Origin: a virus
Taxonomy: Duplodnaviria; Caudoviricetes
Virus record (IMG/VR): IMGVR_UViG_3300037840_000047
Location: 1-58,085 of that record
Reading direction: 5' to 3' (one strand)
DNA: 58,085 nucleotides
The notes below the pieces were generated by a model. The model was not told the DNA's origin and ran no database searches. It saw only the letters and a list, made by a program, of their open reading frames with translations. The stretch's first letter is position 1. Each line of letters begins with the position of its first letter. Positions 43,834 through 53,868 of the stretch are shown here, in pieces. Both the position numbers and the translations under genes were made by a program.

Positions 43834-44513
43834 TCCTTCACTTTATACGGCATTACATCTCTATTGTGTTCGTAAAAATAACTGTGGGCTAGGGCGTAGT
43901 CCTCAGTAGGAGATATAAACCCAGAGCTTCTCCCCCCAAGGTGTTCGCAGTCAACCCCGACCAATCGTATTCGGTAACCCTGTCGGCGCGCCTCACAACA
44001 GAGCCACTCGCTATACATGAAGTATCCGTATGGTTTACCAACGGGCCATCCGGTGACCCGCCTGAGTATATGTCGCCGTATGAATAGGGCAAATCCATCC
44101 AATATCGCAACATCGCGTTCTCCCGTTAATCGTGCCCCATGCTTCTCTGCCGAGAGCATGTTGCTCATAAAGTTCTGCCGCGCCAAGTTGGGCAAATAGT
44201 AGGGCACCGTGTAGAGATCAGGCCGCCCGTGGCCCAGTGCCCCGCCAAACCCCACAACGCCGACCTGCGGGTCTTCAAACTGCTGCAAAACTCTTTCATC
44301 CCAGCCTGACTCGTAAATCTCAACATCGTCGTGCACATAGGCTAGGATCGGCTCCGTCGATAGCTCGTAGAGCGCCTGAAACGCTGGCATCACATCCTGC
44401 CCAATGACGACATACGACGGGTAGACTCTACTTGCTGTGTCTTTCCAGCTCTGGAAGCACTCCCGCCAGCCCTCCCAGTTCCTTGTCGCTATGCAATACG
44501 CCATCTGGCCCAT
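43830..44513 (-). CDS. GT-A (GT2-like) glycosyltransferase
   Basis: AYVHDDV, VGVVGFGG, VAILDG, CEHLGG. Confidence 0.8.
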   Translation of the reverse strand: MGQMAYCIATRNWEGWRECFQSWKDTASRVYPSYVVIGQDVMPAFQALYELSTEPILAYVHDDVEIYESGWDERVLQQFEDPQVGVVGFGGALGHGRPDLYTVPYYLPNLARQNFMSNMLSAEKHGARLTGERDVAILDGFALFIRRHILRRVTGWPVGKPYGYFMYSEWLCCEARRQGYRIRLVGVDCEHLGGRSSGFISPTEDYALAHSYFYEHNRDVMPYKVKE

Positions 44514-45711
44514 CGGCTTTTACCCCCTTTCTCAGCCATTCTTCCCAGCGAGGCCAAAGTGTAGGCCCATTCCAGTCAATAGACTCTGGGCATACCGTGT
44601 GGTGGTTATTTTGCCTTCGTGCGACTGATGCGAAATCCTTGGCAGACATTACGGGCCTCGTGCAGTTGTAAGGGCCTTCAATTCGGTAGGCGACGGGTTT
44701 TACGAGAAGATCGGCAGGGATGAACTCGCCGCCTCCGTAATCGGGGGCCACGGTAGGCACACCACAAGCCAGAGACTCCGCCGCACTAAATCCAAAGCCT
44801 TCACCAAGGCCGATTGCCAATGTGCAATCACAAGCCGAGTAGCACCATGCCATCTGCTCATCTGTGAACTCCGCAATGGTTACGATGGCGTTGTCCTGCA
44901 ACCCGAAGTCGTTGATCAGGGCAGGGATGGACCAATGGCGTTCCATTTCGTCCGTGTGAATCCAGACCCAGGTATTACGTTCTTTTGCCAACTCTGCGAC
45001 CGTTGAGAGGCCAAGTCCCCAGTCTTTCCTGATTTGATTCGTGGCCACGATACCAACAAAGAAAGCGTCGTCAGGGATAGACACAAACTGCCCCATCTTC
45101 TTGCCCTTGACGTACTTCGCATTTATTCTCTGCCCGAAACTGTGCCGAGCTTGAACTCGGGGCCTAGGATAGAAGACAGAAGTGTCGATGCCGTGCGGCA
45201 CCCAGTCTACGTCCATCGCAGGATGCAGCGTTCGCCTCAGAATGTCATGTGCCCATTGAGAATAAGCCAGAGCACGATCAAAGCCTTCGATTGTGTTCTT
45301 CAGGATGCCCGTTAATTTGTCGTGTGGCCCCGTGGCATCAATCGGTAGATAGGCGTGTTTCTCAAACGGCTGGGAGATCAGGAACTTCTTCAGGCGAGGG
45401 TCAGGGCACGTTTCAGGATGTGTTAGCCAACGGAGCCGAGATGAGTCCCAGATTGTGAGCAACGTTCCTTTGCGATCTCCAGCGAAGTCTCGCCACACCT
45501 CGGGCAAGTTGTACACGCACCAATCATGCATCTCCGTTGTGTATTGAGGAAAACCTAGAGCGCGGGAATAAGAACCTCCGTAACCGATAGTGCCCACCTC
45601 AAAAACATCAGACAGGTTGGCATGGATGCGAGTCGATATGTCTCTTGTTATCCGCCCCAGTCCAGTCGATGCGGTTGGTGCATCCGAAAGCAAAAGAATA
45701 GGTATAGGCAT
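44428..45711 (-). CDS. GT-B (GT4-like) glycosyltransferase
   Basis: SDAPTASTGLG, VPHGIDTSVF, NQIRK, GEGFGFSAAESLACGVP. Confidence 0.9.
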   Translation of the reverse strand: MPIPILLLSDAPTASTGLGRITRDISTRIHANLSDVFEVGTIGYGGSYSRALGFPQYTTEMHDWCVYNLPEVWRDFAGDRKGTLLTIWDSSRLRWLTHPETCPDPRLKKFLISQPFEKHAYLPIDATGPHDKLTGILKNTIEGFDRALAYSQWAHDILRRTLHPAMDVDWVPHGIDTSVFYPRPRVQARHSFGQRINAKYVKGKKMGQFVSIPDDAFFVGIVATNQIRKDWGLGLSTVAELAKERNTWVWIHTDEMERHWSIPALINDFGLQDNAIVTIAEFTDEQMAWCYSACDCTLAIGLGEGFGFSAAESLACGVPTVAPDYGGGEFIPADLLVKPVAYRIEGPYNCTRPVMSAKDFASVARRQNNHHTVCPESIDWNGPTLWPRWEEWLRKGVKADGPDGVLHSDKELGGLAGVLPELERHSK

Positions 45712-45713
45712 AT

Positions 45714-46226
45714 TTAGGTAATCCTCACGTGAACCCACAGAGCGCCTGTTCGAATCCGAGATACTTGCGCTTGGCTAATACCAAACTCGTCAGCGATAAT
45801 GCTCTGACTGACTCCGCGCCTGTTCCTGATTGCGCGAACTTGGGCAATGGTCAATTTGGCAGTGTAGTGACACTCGCCCTCCCTAGGTCTCCAACTCCGC
45901 CCCTTTATAGATCGATCACGATTGTTCTGTTCGGTGGTTCCCTCGTAAAGATGCGAGTATCTAACGCACGCTGGGTGGTCGCATTTGTGAAGGCAACACG
46001 GTTCTGGCCATCGACCGTGAGCCAGAAAGAAGGCGAGGCGATGAACGCGAACTGGGCGCGATGGACGGGGGAACGCATAAACCTCGCCATATCCGTCTTT
46101 GTCCGTGAATCCAGTCCACAACCAGCAGCGAGTGCCATCTATTTCAGGGTGGGTCGCAATGGCTGAAGCGGAAGGCCGTGGACCTTCCTTGTCAACACGC
46201 TTCCATAGACGCTGTTCTAGAGTCAT
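45714..46226 (-). CDS. HNH homing endonuclease with C-terminal HTH
   Basis: CWLWTG..GYG..VHRLAF..CLHKCDHPACV..HLYEGT..NNRD; SQSIIADEFGISQAQVSRI. Confidence 0.9.
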   Translation of the reverse strand: MTLEQRLWKRVDKEGPRPSASAIATHPEIDGTRCWLWTGFTDKDGYGEVYAFPRPSRPVRVHRLAFFLAHGRWPEPCCLHKCDHPACVRYSHLYEGTTEQNNRDRSIKGRSWRPREGECHYTAKLTIAQVRAIRNRRGVSQSIIADEFGISQAQVSRIRTGALWVHVRIT

Positions 46227-46615
46227 TCCCTCGTAAGCCTTTCCCCTTCAATCTCTGGAAGTAAATCGTCCTCGCTGGCAATTTTCACTGGTACGGCCTT
46301 TGCGTCAAACGGTATGCTGCCAATCCCGGTTAAGTCTTGGCGCGGCAGCAACTTTGCAATCTCGGATGGTATAGCATTCGTTGGCCCGTCAACGATGGCG
46401 GTCACGGCCTTGCGAATCTCCTCCACCTTGCCGACCGAAACCTCTTCCCCTAGCTGTTGCTGCAACACTCGAATGGTAGCCTCTAGCCTCGGTATCTCGG
46501 CATTCAGTCTGTCTACGGTATGCACGGCAGTGTCGCGCTCTGCCGTGGCCTGCCCATGTCGGGCGAGTGCCGCATCTAGTGCCACCGAGAAACTGTCTTT
46601 CTTTCGTCTTGGCAT
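46223..46615 (-). CDS. coiled-coil hypothetical protein
   Basis: AAGGA RBS; coupled to the HNH gene. Confidence 0.6.
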   Translation of the reverse strand: MPRRKKDSFSVALDAALARHGQATAERDTAVHTVDRLNAEIPRLEATIRVLQQQLGEEVSVGKVEEIRKAVTAIVDGPTNAIPSEIAKLLPRQDLTGIGSIPFDAKAVPVKIASEDDLLPEIEGERLTRE

Positions 46616-46653
46616 TCCTTAGCGTCCAGCCCCGTCTTGAACCCACTTATATT

Positions 46654-46923
46654 CTACGTGCCGCGCTTTATAAGCACCGGCGCTAATATTTTTGGCCAAC
46701 ATCCGTCGCAGAGCACAATATGTTCTAGGCTGTCTATGCGGTTATGCCCAAGCGCCTCGATGCACAAGTGGCGCGGCGTTAGGGAAATCCATCCGTAGCG
46801 GTCGGAACTGTCGATAGGGTGCAACATTGTTCCCCTGCACGCCTCGCGCTGCTCATTCGTCGGAGGCCCCGGTTCTCGGCCACAGGCATCACACGTCACC
46901 ATCTCGGTTCTGTTAATTCCCAT
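46654..46923 (-). CDS. zinc-finger hypothetical protein
   Basis: CDACG...LCDGC. Confidence 0.6.
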   Translation of the reverse strand: MGINRTEMVTCDACGREPGPPTNEQREACRGTMLHPIDSSDRYGWISLTPRHLCIEALGHNRIDSLEHIVLCDGCWPKILAPVLIKRGT

Positions 46924-46971
46924 CCTGCCCCCACATCATTCCACTCATCACAAATAACAAATAGAAAGATT

Positions 46972-47658
46972 TCATTTCAGACCTCCCCACTGTTCTGCCA
47001 TTGCGTCTGCGATGCCCTGATAGGTCCGGCTGCGATTTTTCCAGCGTTCCGGGCCGGGCGGCATCCTGTGAATACGCTCCCACTGGTCTAACTGAGGCCC
47101 CTTGAGGACTCTGGTGGTGCGCCCGGTTAGGAAGTGAGTCGAATTATCATGCTTACCTTTCTTGCTCAGGTGTATCGAACCGTCAGCCCTAATCGCCCAC
47201 TCTGGAACCACGATGTCAGTTGGCTCTAGTATTCTTAGCCCCTTGAGCCAGATGCAAGTTGATTTCGTCTCTGCGTGCCCGAACATCCACGGCTGGATAA
47301 TTTGATCCGGCTTGCGCCACTTCGAACTGAGGACTCCAATGGGATTCTCGATGGCCACTCTAGGTACATATGATTTAGCAAGCGCTACCACGAATACGAC
47401 TGCCTCGGCCTGTTCCACGACTTTCTTACGAAACCATCTTGCGCCGCTGGATGCTAAATGCGTGCATGGGGGATGCGCGATCATCAGGTCGAACCACCCA
47501 TATACGTCGCCGCGATTGAGAACATCCATGACATCGGCCTCAAAGTGCTGGCCAGGAAGCTCGCTCGGCAGCAAATCACACGACCACGCATCGTGCCCTC
47601 TACGCCGGAACGCTTCCCGCACCACGCCGGAAAATTCGCACGCCACTAAGACTCGCAT
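46972..47658 (-). CDS. phage DNA cytosine methyltransferase-like protein
   Basis: MRVLVACEFSG, SCD, IAHPPCTHL, IENP, RSRTYQGIADAMAEQWG. Confidence 0.8.
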   Translation of the reverse strand: MRVLVACEFSGVVREAFRRRGHDAWSCDLLPSELPGQHFEADVMDVLNRGDVYGWFDLMIAHPPCTHLASSGARWFRKKVVEQAEAVVFVVALAKSYVPRVAIENPIGVLSSKWRKPDQIIQPWMFGHAETKSTCIWLKGLRILEPTDIVVPEWAIRADGSIHLSKKGKHDNSTHFLTGRTTRVLKGPQLDQWERIHRMPPGPERWKNRSRTYQGIADAMAEQWGGLK

Positions 47659-47698
47659 TGGCTTCCACTCATCAGGGTAAGAGAGAAGAGAAGAGATT

Positions 47699-48211
47699 TC
47701 ATCGCCCACCTCCATCGTTTTCTGGTAATGCCGAATAAAAAAGAAGCGGGGTATCTGTGTATCGTTCCCTGACTGGGTGTGCAGGATTGCCCTTGGCGGT
47801 GTGTCGAATGCAAAGTAGTTCACTATGGTGCCGCAACATCTGAATTACATCTTGGTCTCTATGGGTGGCGTACTCGGGCATTCGGTCGCAGTTGTCACCC
47901 CACGCGCACACGATGGCTTTGGCGGCTTTCGCTTCCCGGTCAATATGTGACGTATTGTCCTCGCCGACCGCCATGTGCCAACCGCCACTGGTATTCAAAA
48001 GAGCTATCAAGTCCTTTGGCTGCGTGGCGCGGTAGGCGAACAGATTCGTCACGACCAGCCCCGAGAAGCCCCACCGCTTCGCAAATCCCACGCAGCGCCG
48101 AATCGTCGCATCATCAAACACGTCATCCGCCGTCGAAGGATTGAGCATAATGAAATTAACGATTCCGCCCTCGCCCATCCAACTCCGCCGCAACACGTAA
48201 CGATGATTCAT
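47699..48211 (-). CDS. DUF1643 family protein
   Basis: FIMLNPSTAD...DDATIRRC...NLFAYRAT.P...CAWG...HP. Confidence 0.85.
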   Translation of the reverse strand: MNHRYVLRRSWMGEGGIVNFIMLNPSTADDVFDDATIRRCVGFAKRWGFSGLVVTNLFAYRATQPKDLIALLNTSGGWHMAVGEDNTSHIDREAKAAKAIVCAWGDNCDRMPEYATHRDQDVIQMLRHHSELLCIRHTAKGNPAHPVRERYTDTPLLFYSALPENDGGGR

Positions 48212-48671
48212 CTACTTCCTCCCTATCAGGGCCAGAGAAACAACTCAAATGTTCAAATTGCAAAGTTCTTCTTCTCCCACCTCGCACAATAGAGGCTAGG
48301 GAGGTTGGCAACTGGGCGCGGCGTTTCATCTCCGCTTTGATCATCGGAATCAGGATGCGGCGGCGGCGCGCGTCACGAATTCGTTCAATCCAAAACGCGC
48401 CTCCCAATTCATTGAACGCTTGCTCAGCTTCAGAAGCGCCCGGTAAAGGATTCCCGTAAACACGATGATGTAGCGGTTCGGGCTCAGCACGTTCACCGAC
48501 TGACGCCAACGCATGTGGGGCACTGGGCACGCCAATAAAACAGCAGCACGAATCGAATGCCAATCGCCCTTCCTGCGCGTGCGCCAGCAGCATCGCCAGC
48601 CGCTCATCGGTATAGTGGGCCGCCATGAAATTCCTGATCGCCTGCTTCCGTTCCCTGAATTCCTGTTTCAT
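48156..48671 (-). CDS. hypothetical protein
   Basis: AAGGA RBS; contains a CCCFIG motif. Confidence 0.55.
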   Translation of the reverse strand: MKQEFRERKQAIRNFMAAHYTDERLAMLLAHAQEGRLAFDSCCCFIGVPSAPHALASVGERAEPEPLHHRVYGNPLPGASEAEQAFNELGGAFWIERIRDARRRRILIPMIKAEMKRRAQLPTSLASIVRGGRRRTLQFEHLSCFSGPDREEVDESSLRVAAELDGRGRNR

Positions 48672-50044
48672 TGTCCTTTTCCTCCTTCAAGTTTGTTCTC
48701 CGCAGAGCTACGCCACGCTTCCACATCCGCCTCCGATACGTGGCCTACGGGCGCGGTTGATCGGTAGTGGTGATTCCTGGCGCTGAAGTAGTGGTCCAGC
48801 CGAAACTCCCGCCGTAGGAGCTGCAGATGTTTCCAGGGGAGTCGTTCGGTGAATACATAGCAACGAAAAACTTACGACCATCAGGGCAAGTAACCGTTTC
48901 ACGACCTTGTTTGTCAATTGGCACCTCCTTTCTCCGCAGAGTTAGAGTTCTCCTTAGCGGCCTAAAGTTCGCTTCTCGTGCTCAGTTTGGCTTGTCTAAT
49001 TTCTCTAGTTGACGCAGCACGTCGCAGAGAGCTACGCGATACCCGTAGTGCCAGTAAATGCGCTCGATACAGGCCGCGCCATCCACTTCGGTGTCGCAGT
49101 GCTTCTGCTCCTCAAAAATCTGCTCCTGCTTCCCATGCTTCCTTGAGTGCGGAAGGGGAGGGCTGAGCGTTAACGGCTTGCACGATTCGCTTGGCATCCA
49201 GCGCAGTCTGGCACTGGCATATCGGTCGGTCGCCTTCGTAGACATTTATAGGGAAGTGTCGCCCGACACGCCAAACCGCTCCCTCTCCAACCTGCCCTGC
49301 CTCGCCCACCTGCGTTTGGTTCGGATGCGCAGCCCCCACCCCGTCAGAGGGTTGTAAATTGGCGGCCTCGTTGGGTCGTTCATTGGGCATCACCTCCTTT
49401 TTGCTCGCGGGAGCCTCGCCTACTGCATCGTAGGCTGGATGAATTATGCACTTGTGATACCGACTCTCACTTCCGCACGTAGGGCACTTCTCCGGCTTCT
49501 CTGGCATCGTAGCTCGTTCGGGCAGAGCGTGCTGGGCGAAGTCGGCTAACAATTCGATCAATGTTGGCTTGGCTTGGCCCGATTCGTAATCGACCTGCGG
49601 AATAGGCTTATTCGTAGGCCAGTAAAGCGACAAGTCACCCAAGCCCCTAGCATTAAGCCATTCTGTTGCTACGGCCTTCCATTCTTCCACTTTAGGCATT
49701 TTGGCACTCCTTGAATCAGGATTTTTCAGGCTAGACATGGAATTTAATCTCCTTATCGGCTTACCCTCCCTCTCCTGAGTCCCCCGGAAATTCTCGGCCC
49801 TTGTCGTACTCCTCAATGAAGTCGAGCGCAGCCTTGGGCGGCGTCCCGTCAGGCGGAAGTTCCGAGGCTGGAATCGGAATATTCACCGCCATGTCCCACC
49901 CATCGTAGTAGCCATCCTGATCGAACCAATGGCCTGCACCCGTAGCTGTGATGAACCGATTGAGCTTTTCGCCGCGCACGATTTCGACTGGCTCCGTCAG
50001 CGTAATTGCCTCTTGCTGCCCCGACTTGTGAACTACGATAATTT

Positions 50045-50488
50045 TCACGCGCGTTCCTTTTCTGGCTCCCCGGATAGTCTCAACATCGCTCTGGCTCTGC
50101 GGCGCACCTTCAACTGGCGGTCGCCGTCGCATAAGCACGCCTGTAAAACTTCCTTCATCATCGCTTCCAACTCTTTCACTCGGGACTCGGACTCTTGAAC
50201 TGGAACGCAACCAGCCTCTTTGCAATCCTCGTCCTCATAATGTGTAACGCCGGGACTATCTACTGGGCAGTGCATCAATCGCCGCCCCTGGGACTCTTGG
50301 GAGGCAGAACGGAAGGACTCAGCAAACACGCATATAAACTTGCTATCAATTAAGGGTTTCCAGTCAATGCAGTATGTGAGATCGTGCTCGCCTTTGTAGT
50401 GGGGGCGACTACAAACGTTGCATATCCCGAGTGTGCGCGGATACTTACGCTTGTAGAATTCTTCCGCTGATATTGGCTTGGTAGTCAT
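50045..50488 (-). CDS. hypothetical protein (Cys/His motifs)
   Basis: GAGG RBS; part of a run of small early genes. Confidence 0.5.
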   Translation of the reverse strand: MTTKPISAEEFYKRKYPRTLGICNVCSRPHYKGEHDLTYCIDWKPLIDSKFICVFAESFRSASQESQGRRLMHCPVDSPGVTHYEDEDCKEAGCVPVQESESRVKELEAMMKEVLQACLCDGDRQLKVRRRARAMLRLSGEPEKERA

Positions 50489-50498
50489 CCCAACGTCC

Positions 50499-50732
50499 TC
50501 ACTTTTCTGCGAATTCGATTACGTCCAACGGAACCGTGCGCTTCGATTGACCGACGATTTGAAGTTGAACCTTTACCGTGCGGAGGATTTCACGGGCTTG
50601 GGCCGCAATTGCATCCCCCTGAGCCGGAAGCATAGTATCCGTCTTGATCTCGTTGAGGGTTGACCACAATACGTCTTTCAGTGCTGTGGCGCTGAGTTTA
50701 GCGGGGATAACTGGTTCCTGTTTGCGTGGCAT
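50499..50732 (-). CDS. hypothetical phage protein
   Basis: LKDVLWSTL...AIAAQAREILRTVKVQL helical pattern. Confidence 0.55.
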   Translation of the reverse strand: MPRKQEPVIPAKLSATALKDVLWSTLNEIKTDTMLPAQGDAIAAQAREILRTVKVQLQIVGQSKRTVPLDVIEFAEK

Positions 50733-51309
50733 AGTCTCTTTTCCTTTGCGTGCTCTTGTTGAGCGTTCCGTTGGCTTGGTGACGCTGAACCCAAGTCATC
50801 CGGCGATCTAATTCGTCTTCAATCTCACGTAGTACCAGAGCCGCTTCCGCGAATGGCCCAAACTTCACCTTGGCGAGATGCTTACGGTCATAATCGCGCT
50901 TGTAGGCTTTATATCGCGGCTGGCGACAGTACTGGATATGCAGGTGCATCCGAGCCTTTCTAATCTTGCGCTCCCTCTCAGGGTCCTTTGTCCGCTGGTA
51001 GTAATCCGCTTTTTTCTTCCGCAGCACCTCTGCGTTCTTGGCTCTGTACTGAAGGTCATAATCCCGTTTCATGGCCCGAAGAATGGCTTTCGGGAGCAAC
51101 ATCCTACTTCGCCGCGCCAACCCAGAACACCTGCGTCCACAGAAGACTCGAAGCCCAGATTTACGCGCTCTCACGAGCCTCCCCTTAACGATGTGTTTCC
51201 ACTTGCGACACTGCGGACAGTGAAATCGAATCGTAGACCGCGTCCTCCCTGTGCGCTGCGGCTCTGCTGTGTCCATGTTTGCCTTCTTTGGGGCTGTGTT
51301 ACTCGGCAT
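50698..51309 (-). CDS. basic zinc-finger protein
   Basis: CPQC...FCGRRC and a K/R-rich helix; first gene after the leftward promoter. Confidence 0.6.
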   Translation of the reverse strand: MPSNTAPKKANMDTAEPQRTGRTRSTIRFHCPQCRKWKHIVKGRLVRARKSGLRVFCGRRCSGLARRSRMLLPKAILRAMKRDYDLQYRAKNAEVLRKKKADYYQRTKDPERERKIRKARMHLHIQYCRQPRYKAYKRDYDRKHLAKVKFGPFAEAALVLREIEDELDRRMTWVQRHQANGTLNKSTQRKRDYATQTGTSYPR

Positions 51310-51330
51310 TGGCCTACCCTCGATTTGCAC

Positions 51331-51398
51331 ACAATAGCACACATTTCGTAAAAAGCAAGAAAATAATTCTTGACGGATGCAAATATTTATGGCAGGAT
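51331..51398. promoter_or_regulatory. back-to-back divergent promoters
   Basis: Leftward TTGCTT-16-TATTGT (51358..51331) and rightward TTGACG-17-CAGGAT (51370..51398), both with extended -10 TG, at the strand switch. Confidence 0.65.
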
Positions 51399-51406
51399 GC
51401 TCCTGT

Positions 51407-51574
51407 ATGGCAAACAAAACGATTAACCGACCTTCGACTGTGGGCATGGCCGCAACGCAGGACGACTGGAGCCTGATAGATGCCCTGAAGTGCAAAACGG
51501 GCCTATTCAAGACTGGCGACCTTCTTAGGGAGGCGCTGCGCCTTTACGCCAAGCAGCAAGGAGTTGCGAAATGA
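51407..51574 (+). CDS. ribbon-helix-helix (CopG-like) regulator
   Basis: DWSLIDALKCKTGLFKTGDLLREALRLYA; no RBS, directly after the promoter. Confidence 0.6.
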   Translation: MANKTINRPSTVGMAATQDDWSLIDALKCKTGLFKTGDLLREALRLYAKQQGVAK

Positions 51575-51849
51575 CCGAAACCATGAAGCAGTATCTTGCC
51601 CTGAGCGACTACGGGAAGGCGTTTTGTGGAGACCTCCTAGCCGTCCACGTTGACGAAGCCACGCTATTAGAGGCAGTGGAATATGGGCAGCTAGCCGAGG
51701 GCTTGCGTGCTGGGGTGAGCGGAGGGAAGATTTCCACTGGGATGCAGCAGTCGGATGCCTCGGCAACCCCAGCAGGCAGGCTGTCAGGTGGGGAATATTT
51801 CCGATTCCTGCATCCCGGCGCACAAGAGGAACCAGAAGCGTATGACTAA
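51571..51849 (+). CDS. hypothetical protein
   Basis: AAGGAG RBS and ATGA coupling. Confidence 0.5.
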   Translation: MTETMKQYLALSDYGKAFCGDLLAVHVDEATLLEAVEYGQLAEGLRAGVSGGKISTGMQQSDASATPAGRLSGGEYFRFLHPGAQEEPEAYD

Positions 51850-52082
51850 AAAGAGGGCAGCGCGGGATTACTACTCCCTAAAATCTTCCCGCTACAGGCG
51901 GATTCTGGAATTGGCAATGTCTGACACTTGGAAGCACTCCAAGAGGGAGTTGCGCGCGATCTATGCGGCTCTACAGGGACCGCCGTGCAATTACAACGTA
52001 TTGGGCTACCGCGCACAGCTTGAGATGGCCATCAAGTACGTTAAGCGTGCAGAGAAGGCAATCAAAGCCTTGGAGAATGACG

Positions 52083-52838
52083 ATGAAAACTGAAGAATTG
52101 GTACTGACTTCTACCGAACCGTTGCCGAAGGGCAATCCAACGCCGATGGACTTGCTTTCCCTGGCTTTGACCAATGGGGCGGCAATCGACGTGATCGAGA
52201 GGCTATCGGCCTTGCAGGAACGCGCTCAGGACCGGGATGCAGAGATGCAGTTCAATGAGGCCATGAATGCAGCCCAGACCGAATTAGGGCGCATTGCCCC
52301 GGATTTGACCAATCCCCAGACCCACAGCAAGTACGCCTCTTACGCTGCCCTAGATCGCAAAATACGGCCTATCTACACGAAGCACGGCTTCAGCCTCTCG
52401 TTTGATAGCGGCGATAGCCCTTTGGCGGATACAGTCCGCGTGACCTGCTTTGTCTCCCATCGCGCAGGGCACACGAGGAAGTACACGGGGCCTCCGATGC
52501 CTGCGGACGGCAAGGGGGCCAAGGGCGGGGATGTGATGACGAAGACTCACGCGACCGGGGCGGCTATGTCCTACGGGGCACGCTACCTGCTGAAGTACAT
52601 CTTCAACGTAGCAGTTGGCGAGGATGATAATGACGGCAATGGTTCCACTCCGCTGTCTGAGGATATTGTGGTCAGCGCGGTAGATGGCATCCTGAATTGT
52701 GCCTCGATAGACGAGCTTCTGAAGGTGTACAAGGCTGCCTATCGTGAGGCAGGCGAGGTTAATGACATTGCAGCGCAGAAGGCGTATATCGCCGCCAAGG
52801 ACAAGCGCAAGGCTGAATTGCAGAAGGAGGCTGGCTAA
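52083..52838 (+). CDS. erf: ERF-family ssDNA annealing protein
   Basis: SKYASYAALD..IRPIYTKHGFS...H..GH...GAAMSYGARY...GEDDNDG. Confidence 0.9.
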   Translation: MKTEELVLTSTEPLPKGNPTPMDLLSLALTNGAAIDVIERLSALQERAQDRDAEMQFNEAMNAAQTELGRIAPDLTNPQTHSKYASYAALDRKIRPIYTKHGFSLSFDSGDSPLADTVRVTCFVSHRAGHTRKYTGPPMPADGKGAKGGDVMTKTHATGAAMSYGARYLLKYIFNVAVGEDDNDGNGSTPLSEDIVVSAVDGILNCASIDELLKVYKAAYREAGEVNDIAAQKAYIAAKDKRKAELQKEAG

Positions 52839-53545
52839 TGTGGATAGACGTTGACCAGCGTTCCGTGGAGTGGCTTAAGATGCGTACTGGCTGCGTTACG
52901 GCCTCCCGCATCTTCGACATTGTGGACCGCCTGAAGAAAAACACCAGCAATGGGCAGAAAGGTGGTTACAAGCAGACTCGGCACAACTACATGGTCGAGA
53001 TTGCCTGTGAGCACCTGACGGGCAGAGCTTCAGAGCACTACGTCAGTGATTGGATGCTGCGAGGTCAGGATGACGAAATGCTGGCGATTGCGGCCTATCA
53101 GGACCAGACGGATGAGCTTGTCGAGCATGGTGGGTATGCCCTGCACGATACGATCAAGTTCTTTGGAGCCTCGCCGGATTCAAGAGTAGGCGAAAAAGGG
53201 CTTTTGGAGATCAAGAACCTTAAGCCGGAGAACCATCTGGAGACGATTCAGGCTGGCAGCATTCCGAATGAATTCGTTTGGCAAATGAATGCCCAACTAG
53301 CTTGTATGCCCGAACGGGAGTGGGTGGACTATGGTTCCTACTGCAAGGAGATGCAGAGTCCGGGCCTGAGGTTATTCCTTCGGCGGCACTATCGGGACAA
53401 GGAGCGTATTGCAGAGGTCGAAAATGAGGTTCTGGCGTTTCAGGCGGAGCTGGCTGAGATGTTGGCAGCCTTGGCCGCTTGCAAACCAATCCTCGCCCCA
53501 GAGGGCTGCAAATCACCGGAAACCGTATCACAGGAGGCATTATGA
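52838..53545 (+). CDS. YqaJ/lambda-exonuclease family protein
   Basis: QRSVEWLKMRTGCVTAS, GASPD, LLEIK, WQMNAQL. Confidence 0.9.
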   Translation: MWIDVDQRSVEWLKMRTGCVTASRIFDIVDRLKKNTSNGQKGGYKQTRHNYMVEIACEHLTGRASEHYVSDWMLRGQDDEMLAIAAYQDQTDELVEHGGYALHDTIKFFGASPDSRVGEKGLLEIKNLKPENHLETIQAGSIPNEFVWQMNAQLACMPEREWVDYGSYCKEMQSPGLRLFLRRHYRDKERIAEVENEVLAFQAELAEMLAALAACKPILAPEGCKSPETVSQEAL

Positions 53546-53868
53546 GTACTAAATTGAGGGCAAAGGGAATTATGGACTCGAAGGAAGATGCACTGCCCAA
53601 CGATACCGCACTATTCTTGATTCGAGATTCGGTAGCAAGACGCCGGGAGTTGATTTATGGGCAATTGGATGATGGCTATGGCAACCATTGCGCTATCGGT
53701 GCATTCTGGGCGGATAACCCGAGAACTACGCTTAATTCGGCGCTGATTGATGAAGTTGCCGCCGTCAATGACTCAGTGCCGCCCTCTGCCACTGCCAAAG
53801 AACGCTGGAAGAAGGTTAATAGCTGGCTGCGCTTCAAGATCGCCACACTGACAAAGAAGGCCAAGTGA
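53542..53868 (+). CDS. hypothetical protein
   Basis: AGGAGG RBS; HCAIGA and VND...ERW motifs. Confidence 0.6.
   Translation: MSTKLRAKGIMDSKEDALPNDTALFLIRDSVARRRELIYGQLDDGYGNHCAIGAFWADNPRTTLNSALIDEVAAVNDSVPPSATAKERWKKVNSWLRFKIATLTKKAK

Noticed and set aside
37546-47658. TET/JBP-type DNA hypermodification pathway
   Set aside because: A C5-methyltransferase-like gene and GTs are present, but no dioxygenase or hydroxymethylase is recognisable. It cannot be excluded outside the window.
48700-50050. Individual calls for small overlapping - strand ORFs
   Set aside because: Probably coding, but starts and frames are ambiguous and no motif supports a function.
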